From positions 45,694,001-45,758,000 of the forward strand of contig CM060732.1 of the NCBI GenBank assembly GCA_030704615.1: DNA of 64,000 nt, given 5' to 3'. The first letter of the stretch is position 1. Each line of letters starts with the position of its first letter. This DNA is from Takakia lepidozioides. Taxonomy: Eukaryota > Plantae > Bryophyta. The notes beneath the pieces were generated by a model. The model was not told the origin of the DNA and made no database searches. It saw nothing but the letters and a program-made list of their open reading frames with translations. The translations under genes and the position numbers were made by a program. Positions 52,760 to 64,000 of this stretch are shown here, piece after piece.

Positions 52760-54067
52760 TTGGTGGGGACTTCAAGCTCCCTCACACAAGAGCCTCACTT
52801 GTTTGAGCAATTTCACGGTTACAAACTCAAAATCAAGAAACGGGCTTCGTATCCTGAAGATGAGAGCGCCACAGTCGACTGGAATCACTCATCACTTGCC
52901 TACACATTTGCATCGATCTCTACCTGCGTTAACATGATACGTCTGAAGTTATCTTTAAGGCATGAACCGAGAAACAGGCATCCCAGCACGTAACTATGTT
53001 ACTAGGCGTGACGGGAGTCACTGTTCATCTTCTATCTCCCCGTGCATCAACATCGTAACGCCCCAAGCTCTCTCTTGGTTGTTACCACAAACGCAGAGTC
53101 GAGAAATGGCCCTCGGATCTGGACATAAATCCTTCCATCTCCGCGTTCCTCGGTCTTTGCCAGCATCAGCATCCTAAGCAAAAGTATACACCGAAGCTGT
53201 GCTGCATAGGGAAGGAGGTGACAGGAATCGCGCACAAGTTTGTATCTATCTGCATCGATCTCTTAGTCCCCTCCTTGGCCCCGTTCTCTCCCTCCGTCTG
53301 TCTCGCACTGACGGGTGGTAGCCCTACGCTTTGCTCCCGTCAACGCTTACCTCACTTGGTATATTCCAACAGCATAATGCACCTCGGACGGACGTCGACG
53401 GTGATCCTGGAAGATACCTCCCGCTATCGACGCCCTCTCTTACGGAGTGTGTGAAAGGGCCATCATGGTCTTCCTGGATTTCAATTCAGACACACAGATT
53501 TGAGGGACACTTTCGGGAGTGATGGATGGCGACTCCAGAGTCCAAAGGAATATATGATAAGCAGAGATATAGGGGCCGCACTTTGAGAAAGCTACTTGAT
53601 TGAGTCCGAGAGTTGCGCACAACGTGACCCGCATGAGGGCAAGTCGATTTTTTTAGACGAGGAGTGATGACCTTCAAGACTTTGTTTCAGAGTTTAGTGA
53701 CTATAACAGGAGGGTTGGAAGCGAATTGCTAGACCAGAGTTTGAAGCTCACCGCCCATTCGTAGTTGCTTCCCCACGTCAAAGGAGAACAAAGAAGACGC
53801 CGTACTAGGGCTCAAAACCACAATCAAGACGCATTTCTGTTCGACGCAATCCAAACATGGCAGCAGAGAGAGATTCTGGATCCCCTTCAGAATCTAGAAT
53901 CTCGATTGGGGTGTTTATGTGGGGAGCCTAAACTCATATCTGCCTTGAGGTCTGGTGAATTGCGCTTTGTTTGCCTCGCAACGGCACTACTGGGTGCGCG
54001 TGTGGGCAATCTGTGGCTGTATTGTTGAAATTGTTGCATGACTGATGCCCCTTAGTAAGAATTCTGT

Positions 54068-55378
54068 ATGGGAAGCGTTCACAAGTCGGTGGGGATGGTA
54101 ATGGGTTGGAGGGGAGCAGCGCTGCACTGGGGCTCCACATTGCCGGTGCCCAGGTTTGCGCCATCGATCCTGGGGACACCAGCTATGGTGGTAGTGCCCT
54201 GCGCTTTGAAGCAGCACTCCAGACAACGTACAGCACGCCCCTGCTCTTTCCTTTCAGAACACCGTGTGTGTCCATTTCCTCATGTTTCACGGTTAGCAAG
54301 GTCTTTCTTTCTTAAATCCCATGCCCCTCAGACTGCACGGGAAGCTCACGTGTTGTCTGATCACAACCCTTTGGGAAACATGAGCAGCGATGGGCTGGTC
54401 TGGGATGGAGGTGGCGCCCAAAAGCGCATTGTTTTGCTGGATGTACATGCCATTCTGTACCGCGCCTACTTCAAGCTTGTAACGCAGGTGACCCATGGTG
54501 GTTTAAAGGACATGGGTTCGGAAGGAGACTGGGTTCTCACTGTATTCACGGCTCTGTCCACAATACTGAGGCTCATGGATTTGAATCCTACCCATGTTGC
54601 GGCTGTCTTTGACTTCAAAGGGCTAACATTCAGGCATGAAATGTACGCGGACTACAAAAAGACCCGCCCTCCCACTCCAGACACAGTGCTCCAAGCGCAC
54701 GACTGCTTAAAACCTGCCCTGCATGCGTTGGGTATGACTGTCCTGGAGGTGCCAGGTGTGGAAGCAGACGATGTCATTGGCACTATAGCACTGAAGGCAG
54801 TAGCCACTGGCATGAAGGTGCGAATAGTATCTACAGACAAGGACTTCTTCCAGCTACTGTCACCCCCTGTAAGGCTTCTCAGATTTGTTCCTAAGGGTTC
54901 TGGGATTGTGTCTTTTGGGGTGGAGGAGTTCAGTGAGAAGTTTGGCAATATCCAACCATCGCAGTTTGTGGATGTCTTGGCACTTACGGGCGACAGGGTT
55001 GACAACATTCCAGGGGCGGAGGGGATTGGGGAGAAAACTGCTCTTACACTGATTGAGCAGTTTGGTTCTGTAGAAAAACTGCTAGAGGAACGGGACAGTG
55101 TCGCCCTCAATCGGGCTCATGCAAGTTTATTACTTGATGAAGGTGAACTTCTTCTCTACAAGCGACTGTTAGCATTGAGGGTAGACCTTCCGGAACATAT
55201 GATCCCCTCCTCTTTGGACCATCTTGCCTGTCGGAACCCAGAGGATGGTGGTGACAAGTTCAAAAAGTTGCTAGAGGCTATGGGACGCTATGCAGAACCA
55301 AAAGTCTCGGATGATCTGCACATGCGTGCTGGGAAGCTTTGGAAAAGCTGGTCAAAGGCAGACACTGCTACCTCATAA
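54068..55378 (+). CDS. Organellar 5'-3' exonuclease/flap endonuclease (Pol I N-terminal domain-like, OEX1-like), intronless, 436 aa
   Basis: Transit-peptide-like N-terminus; LLD..ILYRAY, AVFD, FRH..Y..YK..R, PGVEADDVIGT, DKDFFQL, ALTGDRVDNIPG..GIGEKTA (H3TH). Confidence 0.92.
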   Translation: MGSVHKSVGMVMGWRGAALHWGSTLPVPRFAPSILGTPAMVVVPCALKQHSRQRTARPCSFLSEHRVCPFPHVSRLARSFFLKSHAPQTAREAHVLSDHNPLGNMSSDGLVWDGGGAQKRIVLLDVHAILYRAYFKLVTQVTHGGLKDMGSEGDWVLTVFTALSTILRLMDLNPTHVAAVFDFKGLTFRHEMYADYKKTRPPTPDTVLQAHDCLKPALHALGMTVLEVPGVEADDVIGTIALKAVATGMKVRIVSTDKDFFQLLSPPVRLLRFVPKGSGIVSFGVEEFSEKFGNIQPSQFVDVLALTGDRVDNIPGAEGIGEKTALTLIEQFGSVEKLLEERDSVALNRAHASLLLDEGELLLYKRLLALRVDLPEHMIPSSLDHLACRNPEDGGDKFKKLLEAMGRYAEPKVSDDLHMRAGKLWKSWSKADTATS

Positions 55379-56140
55379 GCGATTTCCCCGCCTTTGGAAA
55401 GGAGGTAGTTTTACCCTCTTGCATCGCCCATGCCTGCTACCAAAATTGCAGAACAAGCTCCTCTATTGTCATTCGCATTCCACCATTGCACCCAGTATCA
55501 GTGCCATATCATCCTTCGAATTTGCATAGCCCCCAGAAGCTTCAATGTGGTGGACTGGTCTTCTCAAGTGGATTCACAAAGTACTGATGCTGTCTTCTCA
55601 TCAAGTCCGGGAAGTACAACTCGAATGCCCTGACTTCGTAAGCTTTGGACTTGTACAACTTGAAACTCGTGACTTTGTAAATTTAAATACATAGATAGTG
55701 TAAGCTCTGCCAAAGTCTCCTGCACAATGAGGAGTAACATATAGGGGCCAGAGACAGAAGAGAGGGAGGGAACCATCAATTTGCATGGATTGTTTCAGTT
55801 TCTCAGAAAAGGTCAGTTGTCCTTTCACAATGTCATCACACTTGCTACGGGACTTTTCCTGAGGTGTCTTGTATTTTATGCCATTACCTTCAGAAAGAGT
55901 TTGACATGAAACCTCTGCTAAGCAAAAGTTGGGGATACAGTGTCATGTTACAAAGATGAGACCATTTTTGCATCGGTCTAAAGGCCAGTCTATAGTGAAT
56001 GGCAAACTTGAGGTGACAATGTGGTCCTTTGAGATGTAAACCTACGAGATTTATACGGAAGCACAAAAGGTGGACAAGCAAACAATGGTTCTAGCACCGC
56101 CTACCTTCTCTCCTGTTCCAAGAGCCCAATTTTTCCATGT

Positions 56141-56905
56141 CTCTTGGTTTGTCATGGCTAGTTCCAGTTTGCTGGAAGGGTTTTTTATGTGATGGACTAA
56201 AAGGATTGTAGAATCTGTTTTATGCTTCATAGGGGGGAGACTTCAAATCTTTCAGAAAATCTAAGAGAAGGTCTGCAGCTTACAAGGTCACTTTGTATTA
56301 GCATCCTCCACGCACACTGTCAACCTTCTACCTCTGTAGCAAGCACACATCATCGAAGCTAAAACATAGCCAGAAGTGCATGTAGGGAATGTCCTGGAGT
56401 GTTTTCTCATTGCCAAGTGATTTATGTGAAGCTGGTTTGCAATATGTAAAACGGTTCAATAAGAAACCACGCAAGTTCTGTATTCGTGACTGCAAACTAT
56501 CAAGTCAGCGACTTAGCATACAATCACTCTAACTTGACATATAGAGGCCCCGAAAGCAGTGTCTAGTCATCTGTGAAATTGCAATAGGTACATGGCAACG
56601 TACCCTAACAGACTGTCACACTTCTGACCCAAATAGCCTAAAGAACTTGGTTTACTTGTGCTGGTACAACCTAGATAAAAGAGTCCATGTTTTTGCATGA
56701 AATCCTTTAAGAAGTATCTCCCTTGTATCTTACTGTCAGAAGCTCCTGGAGCTCTTACCAACTTCAGTATGAATTGTGTTGAATTGCCCTTAGATAGATC
56801 CTCGTTCTGGGTGCTTGAGGCAACTGGACTCGAGAAACTGTCAAGCTACGGCAATGGCCCTTTAAATGATAGCCTGCCTAGCCTATGACCATTCTAGTGT
56901 TACAT
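56141..56905. repeat. Dispersed repeat copy 2, block order inverted Y, Z, X
   Basis: Aligns in three blocks with 22810-23518. Confidence 0.85.
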
Positions 56906-57087
56906 ATTGAAATTAAACACTGCTCTTGAAAGCTGCCAAGCACTTCATGGTCCTCTTTAGACCTTGCTTGCATTTCAAATGGAAAGGATATCCAATGTTG
57001 GCAGTGTAGCTAAGTGTTGGCCATAATACCGGAGACATTGATTTTTTTCGTTTGTATGAATCCATGTGCGTGTGAAGGTTCTTCGCA

Positions 57088-58447
57088 CTATACACTGGTA
57101 AAGAGTAAGCAGACGACTAAACAACCTGCAGACGTGAAAGAGAAGAAGTACCAATGTATGGAAGGGGCAATGTTTGGAAAATGTATTCTCAATCCTCCAA
57201 CTACAGTCACATTTCTCCTGTGAGCTGCCTGAGGACTGGGCACCGGGGCAACAGGATATCCATACAATTGTCTAATGCCCTGAATATCATCTTCTGACAG
57301 TCGTCGCTTGACTCGATGAGGCGCAATGCTGGGAAACATCACAGAGTCTCGCACCTGCCACAAATGCCACCACAGGTTAAAGCTCCTTGGAAACACAAGT
57401 CGACCTGTACAGCCATTGTAAGAATTACTGCGTTTGAAGTATGATGAAGAAGAAGATGAAGAAGAAGAAGAAGAAGAAGGAGAAGGAGAGAGGAGAGAGA
57501 AGAGAACTCACAGGGGAGTGTGCAAGCCCCAGAACATGGCCGACCTCGTGAATGGCTACTGAGCGAAGGTCGAGGGCTGCCGACGCTCGGTCGGCCGTCA
57601 CGTTGACGGACCAGAACTCGGCGTCGTCGAGGTGCAGGCGGCCGTCCTCCGGACTGAAGGCGTGGGCGACGACGCCCAGCACTCCGTCGAAGCTCTGGGA
57701 GTCGCCGTGGTTCCCCGACGGAAAACTGATCTGGACGTCGGCGGACGAATAGCTCTCGACTTCCGTGAACGAGAAGGAGGGGACGATCGCCGTCCACACT
57801 GCGAAGGCGTCGTCGAATGCCGAGCGTATATCGTTGCGTGGAATTCGTTGGGTCACGTTCGTCGTGGAGAGCGACCACGTCAGGTCGTAACGGGAGCGCC
57901 AACGACGTCCATCCGGAAAGAACGCAAACTGCTTCGTTTCGTCGAGCGCGAGGGGACGAAGAGGCTCTCCGTCCAAAAGGTCTTCTCTCCCGCAGCGGGG
58001 CTGCTGTAGTTGGGCCACAGTGACGGCGTCCAGTCTCCGTGTGATGGGGAGGCCGAAGTTTCGCTGGAAGAGACGGATGGCCTCCTTCAGCTCCGTCATC
58101 ACTGTTCTGTTTCCCCTGGGAGCTACTCGTAAGTAGCCATACTTGGAAAGATAAAGTCTGAGATCGGTAAGAGGGTAGTCAGGCTTTGTGCGATTGTGTG
58201 CTGTGTGGTTGCACAAGATAATAGTGGGGGGAGGATGAGCTTTGTGGGATTTGTGTTTGCTGTTGGGTGGTGGAGAAGGAGAGGTAGAGTTGTCACAGAG
58301 GGAGTTTTCCGTGGCTTCAGATATGTGAACCAAAGTCAGCAAGCCTATCATCAGAATTCCAATAAGGAAAGTAGGGAAAGGGAGATGCTCGGAGGCTTGT
58401 GGGGCATTGAGCAAGTCTTGAGGGCGATTGTGTTGACATGATCTCAT
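57088..58447 (-). CDS. Matrix metalloproteinase (matrixin, M10A), about 400 aa; exons 58447-57512 and 57354-57088
   Basis: Signal anchor, PG-binding-like domain (YLSKYGYL...FQRNFGL), Cys switch PRCGRED, HEVGHVLGLAHS zinc motif, Met-turn SVMFP, LSEDDIQGIRQLYG, hydrophobic C-terminus. Phase-0 GT-AG intron. Confidence 0.93.
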
Positions 58448-61400
58448 ACTGTGCGGGCTTCCAGCGCTTGGCAGTAGAAATCAATACTTCTTATCCAACA
58501 CTTAGAAATTTCTCCCTTAGGTGATCAATCTGCAGAGAACCAAGTAAACAATCAGTAGTGTCCCATGGACATTTTCTCCAGTCTTTTTCTCTTTTTTTTC
58601 TTTTTTTTTAAATAATAATAATAATGGAACAGGGGGATTGTAGCCCTGTAAAATTTATTTGAAGAGGAGTAAGGAAAAAATAACCTCTCCAGTCTTTGTA
58701 GTTAGAAAATATCCCCTGTTTATTTTTATTTTATTTAAAAAAAAATCTAAAAGCCTGCATGAGGATGAATCAATGCAGTGCCAAGCCAGGAGGAAGTAAA
58801 AAGAGAAAACCTTTGTCTTTTGTTTTTGTTTTTTGGGGGAAGTCCTTTAGAAAGATCCTCTATTTTATTATTTTGAATAATATTGCAATATTCTTCTCTC
58901 TTATTCTCTTATTGTCTTCCTCAAGTGAGGATTTCTCCCATTTTCCACATACATATAACTTTTCTCCTCTCACTATAATTAAGGAGCCTGATTTGTGAGC
59001 GGCCGCGCCCCGGTGTTTCCTTCCCTTTAGATACTGAATTGTACTATGCTCATGGATTACAGCCCAGCTCCTACTCATGAGCTTGACCGCCCTGTTACAA
59101 TTGAAGTAAGTTTCATGGAACGGACTTAATCTTTGGACACTAACTTCTTGAAACAAACGTTATGACATAAACCCCCTTTTCATTATAGAAAGAAAAAACA
59201 TAAACATAAACAGTTGTATTACTTATTATTTATTATTTATTTACTCTCATAGACAGTTGTATTACTTCTTGTATCTTAAAGTATGGCTTGCATTAGTAGT
59301 GCTAGAGTACAACAATACCCACTTTTGAAAACTAGCTATTTGAATAATATTGAATAATAACTGAGCTTGAAGATATATGTTTCTTCACAATATATAATCC
59401 AAACCATTACGGCCCATGTAATTCAGTAACCTAATCAAACCTGCTGGAGTTACTGTTTCTTTTTATTTTCATTAACATTGGCAGCCTGGGGCATCCAAAA
59501 AAATACACACCCAAGATATCACAATATTCATTACTTTGAATGCTTGACATGTTAATAGTTTAGTGCGATCTATAAATCTCTCAGTCCTAACCAACCTTTA
59601 CATCATCTGTAAAAGCTGAGTCATGGGAAAAACCAAGTGTATTTCAGAGATACCCATCCTCATATAATTGGATATGCAAATGAAATGCCAAAATCGCTAC
59701 TTTTTGGAGTTTCAAATGAGAAATAAAATTAATATATATACAAAAAATTTACCCACAAAATCCTTATTATAACACGTGATTTAAAAATATTGACTGTGGT
59801 GTAGCTTTTGTCTTCAAAGGTGTATAGGTATGTACCACTCAACCCATCATGGATGGTTTTGATCAATTGATCGTTCATATCTCATAATTATCACAAATGT
59901 TTGATCCCACAAAAAGATGAGGGATTGATCTCTACAACAAGCAGTGGATTAGACATAAGCTTCTTGAACACTCAAAAAATACTGTTAAAGAAAATGGGCT
60001 ATCCCGGGCAGGTACTAGGTCGGACGAGACCTTTTAAACTATATATAATACTTAAGTATCATTTGAGCATAGCAAAGAATGAGAATCATTGATGCCTTGC
60101 GGCTTTCATAAGATTATTTTTCCTTGTTGGCATCACCGTTACACTTGTTAGTACAAATTTTTTACTAAGCAATGATTTGTCAATGTACTAATCGAGTAAA
60201 AATCATGAAAACTTCTGATGTCTATGACATTTGGTCGTTAATTTCTAGCTCCATGATCATAGATGTTTACTCCACGGATCAATTTGTATCAGACAATATC
60301 ATTGCTGTGTACACAACATCAATTCCCTTCCACATAATTAACTTGTTCCTTCATAACTAAAGCTTACACTTCTATGAATGCCTCTAAGAGATCATCACTC
60401 TGAAGGTGGTTATCTTTTCTTGAACCAACTTTATTTAACTGATCTATATGATATTTACATATAATGAGTCTTGCACATATTCTAAGGGTAACATGAAACC
60501 TGATGTTAATTAATTAAAAACCTGATGAAGTTTTACCATCTCAGCTGATACGAAAGTAAATTAAAATGTGAACATTCATCTCTATACTTCAAATCGATGG
60601 GCGTTAAACCAATTGTAATACTTAATAGAAATAAGAAAAATAATATGTTAAGCTAACCCATGGGAATGTACTTATCTATTTATACTCAATTTCGTATTTC
60701 TACATATAAAAATTTAGTACTTTGTTTTGTATCTGCTTTGTGCATAAGTACTAGGGTAGGCTGTGCCGTTGGCCCAAGTGTCCAGGGTCATGTAAGCCCA
60801 AGTGCAATCTCCTAAGTGCATCTCTATGCCTAGGCCCAAGTATGACCTCCAGGGTAGCCTGTGCCATTGGCCCAAGTGTCCAATGTCATCTAAGTCATCC
60901 AAGTCTACTCATTTTTTTTCCACATCGGAATCAACGACCTGGTTTGAACCGGAGACCTTTTCCTTGATATCTTTCCTATCGAGGCTCTGATCATTGTGCT
61001 AGGAAAGCCCACTTTCCTATTTTTTGCGAATTTCCAGCGACCAAAAGTACTTGAAATTCCATAGCTCCTACACCACAGGTCCAAAAATCATGAGGCCAAG
61101 CTGTCAAGTTATTTTACCACTAGTGTGAAGTTAGCTAGGAAATAGCTAGCTTTTATATATTGACAGTTGGGATTGACCCAAGTGTCAATCCAGGGGCCAA
61201 TACATGTTTGGGCACCTGACGTTGTTACCTTCACGGCAAATCGCGGTGGGCTCATCTTTCTCGAGTTGAGCCTCACCGCGTCTAACTATGGCGCCGTAGT
61301 GTGGATTCCCCATGGCATGGGGTGCACTTGGGTCGACTTAATATATGAGTGATGTTTTCATGTGCAAGTATGTAAGTTTGAGAGAGCTTGTGTGCTTGTA

Positions 61401-62279
61401 TTTTCCCTTTCTTTATCACTCGAGAAAGATGAGCTCGAGTCTGTGAGTGTCAGGTTCGAGTTAGTTGTAGCACTTGTGTTTTCAGATCATGAGAAACGGT
61501 TCAGCCTAGAGTACAGAGAGCTGTGCATGAGCCTATCCAAAGTGGATAGAGTGCAAAAGCGAACAAGTTGCAAGTTTATCATGGATAGAGAGGCGGGTAG
61601 CCTATGTTGAAGAGCGGCGTTGCATAGCTCAACGCTATGGCAACCGAGTTTGGGCTTCTAGTGTGAAGTGAAGGAGATGTTGGCCACGAGTGGGCGAACT
61701 GGTGATCATCTTCTTCAGCTGCAGGCCGAGTTAAGGAGCTGCAGAAATGTGGGCTGCGCATGGGAAATTAGCATGTTGCAGGTTGGAGATAATATGATTA
61801 GCTCCAGGTATTTCTGCCCGAAATTAGTTGTTGCGGGTAGATGAGGAGCAGCCGAATGGTGGAGCTGCGAGGGGATGCATCGCAGCCCGTTGGGAGCTCT
61901 AGCTCCAAGCTCATGAAGAGAGGGGGTTGGTCCCTCTTGTATGCAAATCAGTGCACTTGTGAAGCATGTGCTGAGTTGGAGTTTCAATCTGAAACTCAGC
62001 AGTGTAAGGGCTCTTGGAGTGGCTAGAGCGGGGCTGGAAGGGCAACATCGAGGCGCCCTAGAGCCAGGGGATATGCATGAGAAGTGCAGGTGCACCAAGT
62101 TTGTAAAGGTGTGTATTTCAGATTCGTTTTTGTGAGCTTCATGAAGAAATGGAGTTTGTTGGGCAACATATTGCTTGCTTGTTGAGTTTAGGGTGCCTCT
62201 GGTGGGTCGTGAGAGCCCAAGAGAGCATGGCAGCAGGCCTGGTGGCTTCAGAGAAGCCATAGCTCGGCGACAGTAGATG

Positions 62280-62660
62280 CAGGAGCAAACCCGCCCCATC
62301 ACCGTGTCCGTGCATAACCATTCATGTCAATGAGACAGACAACCGACCCAATCCCGAGACGTTCGTCGTCTGTAGCCTCGGAATAGCTGTTTTCCTATGA
62401 TTTATCTTATAGTGAATAATACACAGGAATTCCTCATGAATCATAACGGACTCATTCCTCCAGCTATGGTACATCCTTCTGCATAAGTCTTGATGCCTCA
62501 AGTGTAAATCAAGCGCCCGCTTATGTGCGACCTGTTCGGAACTCCTCTTAATAGACTTCTTGATCAAGTCCTTCAACATCTTGCATTCTGTGCACTTAGC
62601 AAAGGCGCTTCCGGTTTTCCGAACCTCTACGTTTGGAAATATTTGATTCCGTATACGGCT
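62280..62660 (-). mobile_element. DNA transposase remnant, Sola-like
   Basis: FAKCTEC...H...Q...R..Y...LCIIHYKINHRKTAIP...LSVSLT then MVMHGHG resembles the region around the first catalytic Asp of Sola2-like transposases (recalled). GC-rich short repeats at 62670-63020. Confidence 0.5.
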
Positions 62661-64000
62661 TACAGTTAGCTCAGGGAGAGCTCGGGAACGCGCGGGAATG
62701 CCTCGGGAACGCATGGGAACTCGTTGGGAATTCGAGGGAACAGAGAATAGTGGCCGTGATGGGTCGTTGGGGCGGTATCACGAGATACCACGAGCCCAGG
62801 TCGTGATGGTTGACCGTGACTGTTGACCGTGACCGTTGGAAGTCGTGGTGCGGACACAACAGGTGGGCACGGTGACCAGATCGTGGGGATGGCGGGCCGT
62901 GAAGGCTCGTGGGAGTGGTACCACGGGTATCAGTGGGCAGCCCGTGGCCAACGAGCGCCTAGGGCGGGCCGTGGGGAGTCGTGGCGGTTGGAGCCACGGA
63001 AGGCCGCGAACAGGCAGAGTGAAAAAAAATAATAAATAATTTAAAAAAAAATCTTTTTTCACTCGTTTCGTGGGACCTTGATGGGGAGGCTGGGCTCTGA
63101 AGAACAACGGTTTTGAGCTAGCTGATCCGGCAGAAAAGTCGGAAGGGAGACCAGCCTGCAGGTAAATCCTTTGGACAGAATGTTATTGGGGCCTATATGT
63201 ACCTTTATTTGCTCCATTTTTGAACCTTCAGCAAATGGTGTGGTTTCCTGAGGTGGTTCCATTCGGAGGAATGGCTGGTGGACGTAAGGAGGCACTGGCG
63301 GACCCTGTGGAGGCTTGCATGGGGCCTTGGAGGCCAAGTTTCATGAGCTCGTGGAGGGCGGTTTGAGGAGTGTCTACAGGATGCTCTCATGGTCATGCAA
63401 GTGAGAGAAGAGAGGAAAAAAAGAGGGTGTTGGGATGAGAGCGTGCTGGGGATAGGCATTGCTTTAGTTTTCCATCCTCGTAGCTTTCCATCTTCTCTGT
63501 AGGCCAAGACCTTTCCGTAGGTGGATGCAAGAGTCAGTCCGGGTTTGGGCTGGGTTGCAGGAGCGACACTGTGGAGAGATTTTTGGTGTGGGGGAGTTGT
63601 TGTTTTCATTCTTGTGTTTGGATCCCCTCCACACCTGCATGCTTGATTGTGCGTCATGCTAGTTTTGTGTGGGCGTTTGATTTTATAGGTGGTGGACTCG
63701 GGCTTGATCGCCGATCCCACCCTAGAGCATGCTGTCGATGGTGAGACTGGGTTGATGACCAGTCATACCATCTTTGTTTCTCATGTGGTGAGGTTGGAGG
63801 TGATGACCAGCCAACCATAGGAGTGTCTGCGGTGGATACAGGTGCAGGTGCAGGTGCAGGCTATGTTAGGAACCTAGTATTCCAAACCATAAGCCGCATC
63901 ACGTTCTCTATCCGGATACCTTGTGGAGAGGGGATTAGAGACATGTTCATGACCGGTTGAGTGTCAGTTTGTCAACACGGAGGTGTCACTAGTTGCTGGG

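Noticed and set aside
61715-63720. ORFs 61715-62302, 63059-63337 and 63205-63720 as genes
   Set aside because: No motifs, and biased composition typical of decayed repeats.

Overview
Repeat-rich nuclear DNA of a land plant, almost certainly a moss: the LEAFY gene carries the D312/C345/H387 type II DNA-binding signature. The left ~40 kb is a nested transposon graveyard. It holds an L1 remnant, an RTE/RTEX-like LINE, a rearranged Copia, a young near-intact chromovirus Gypsy (725/727-bp LTRs, GCAGG target-site duplication) inserted into a PLS-class PPR gene, a Tcn1-like Gypsy fragment, CACTA pieces flanking a PPR pseudogene array, and MITEs. Two intact genes sit among these: a strictosidine-synthase-like gene and a coiled-coil/membrane protein gene. 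The right part is gene-dense: LFY, THI1, two tandem trihelix ORFs, an intronless OEX1-like 5'-3' exonuclease, and an intron-containing matrix metalloproteinase, followed by a Sola-like transposase remnant. No unmistakable new system can be proven from sequence alone. The best leads are recurrent inverted/permuted patchwork insertions, CACTA-associated PPR fragment amplification, an overlapping uORF and long antisense ORF at LFY, the tandem trihelix arrangement and the intronless OEX1. All coordinates and alignments were made by eye; family assignments are from recalled motifs, not searches.
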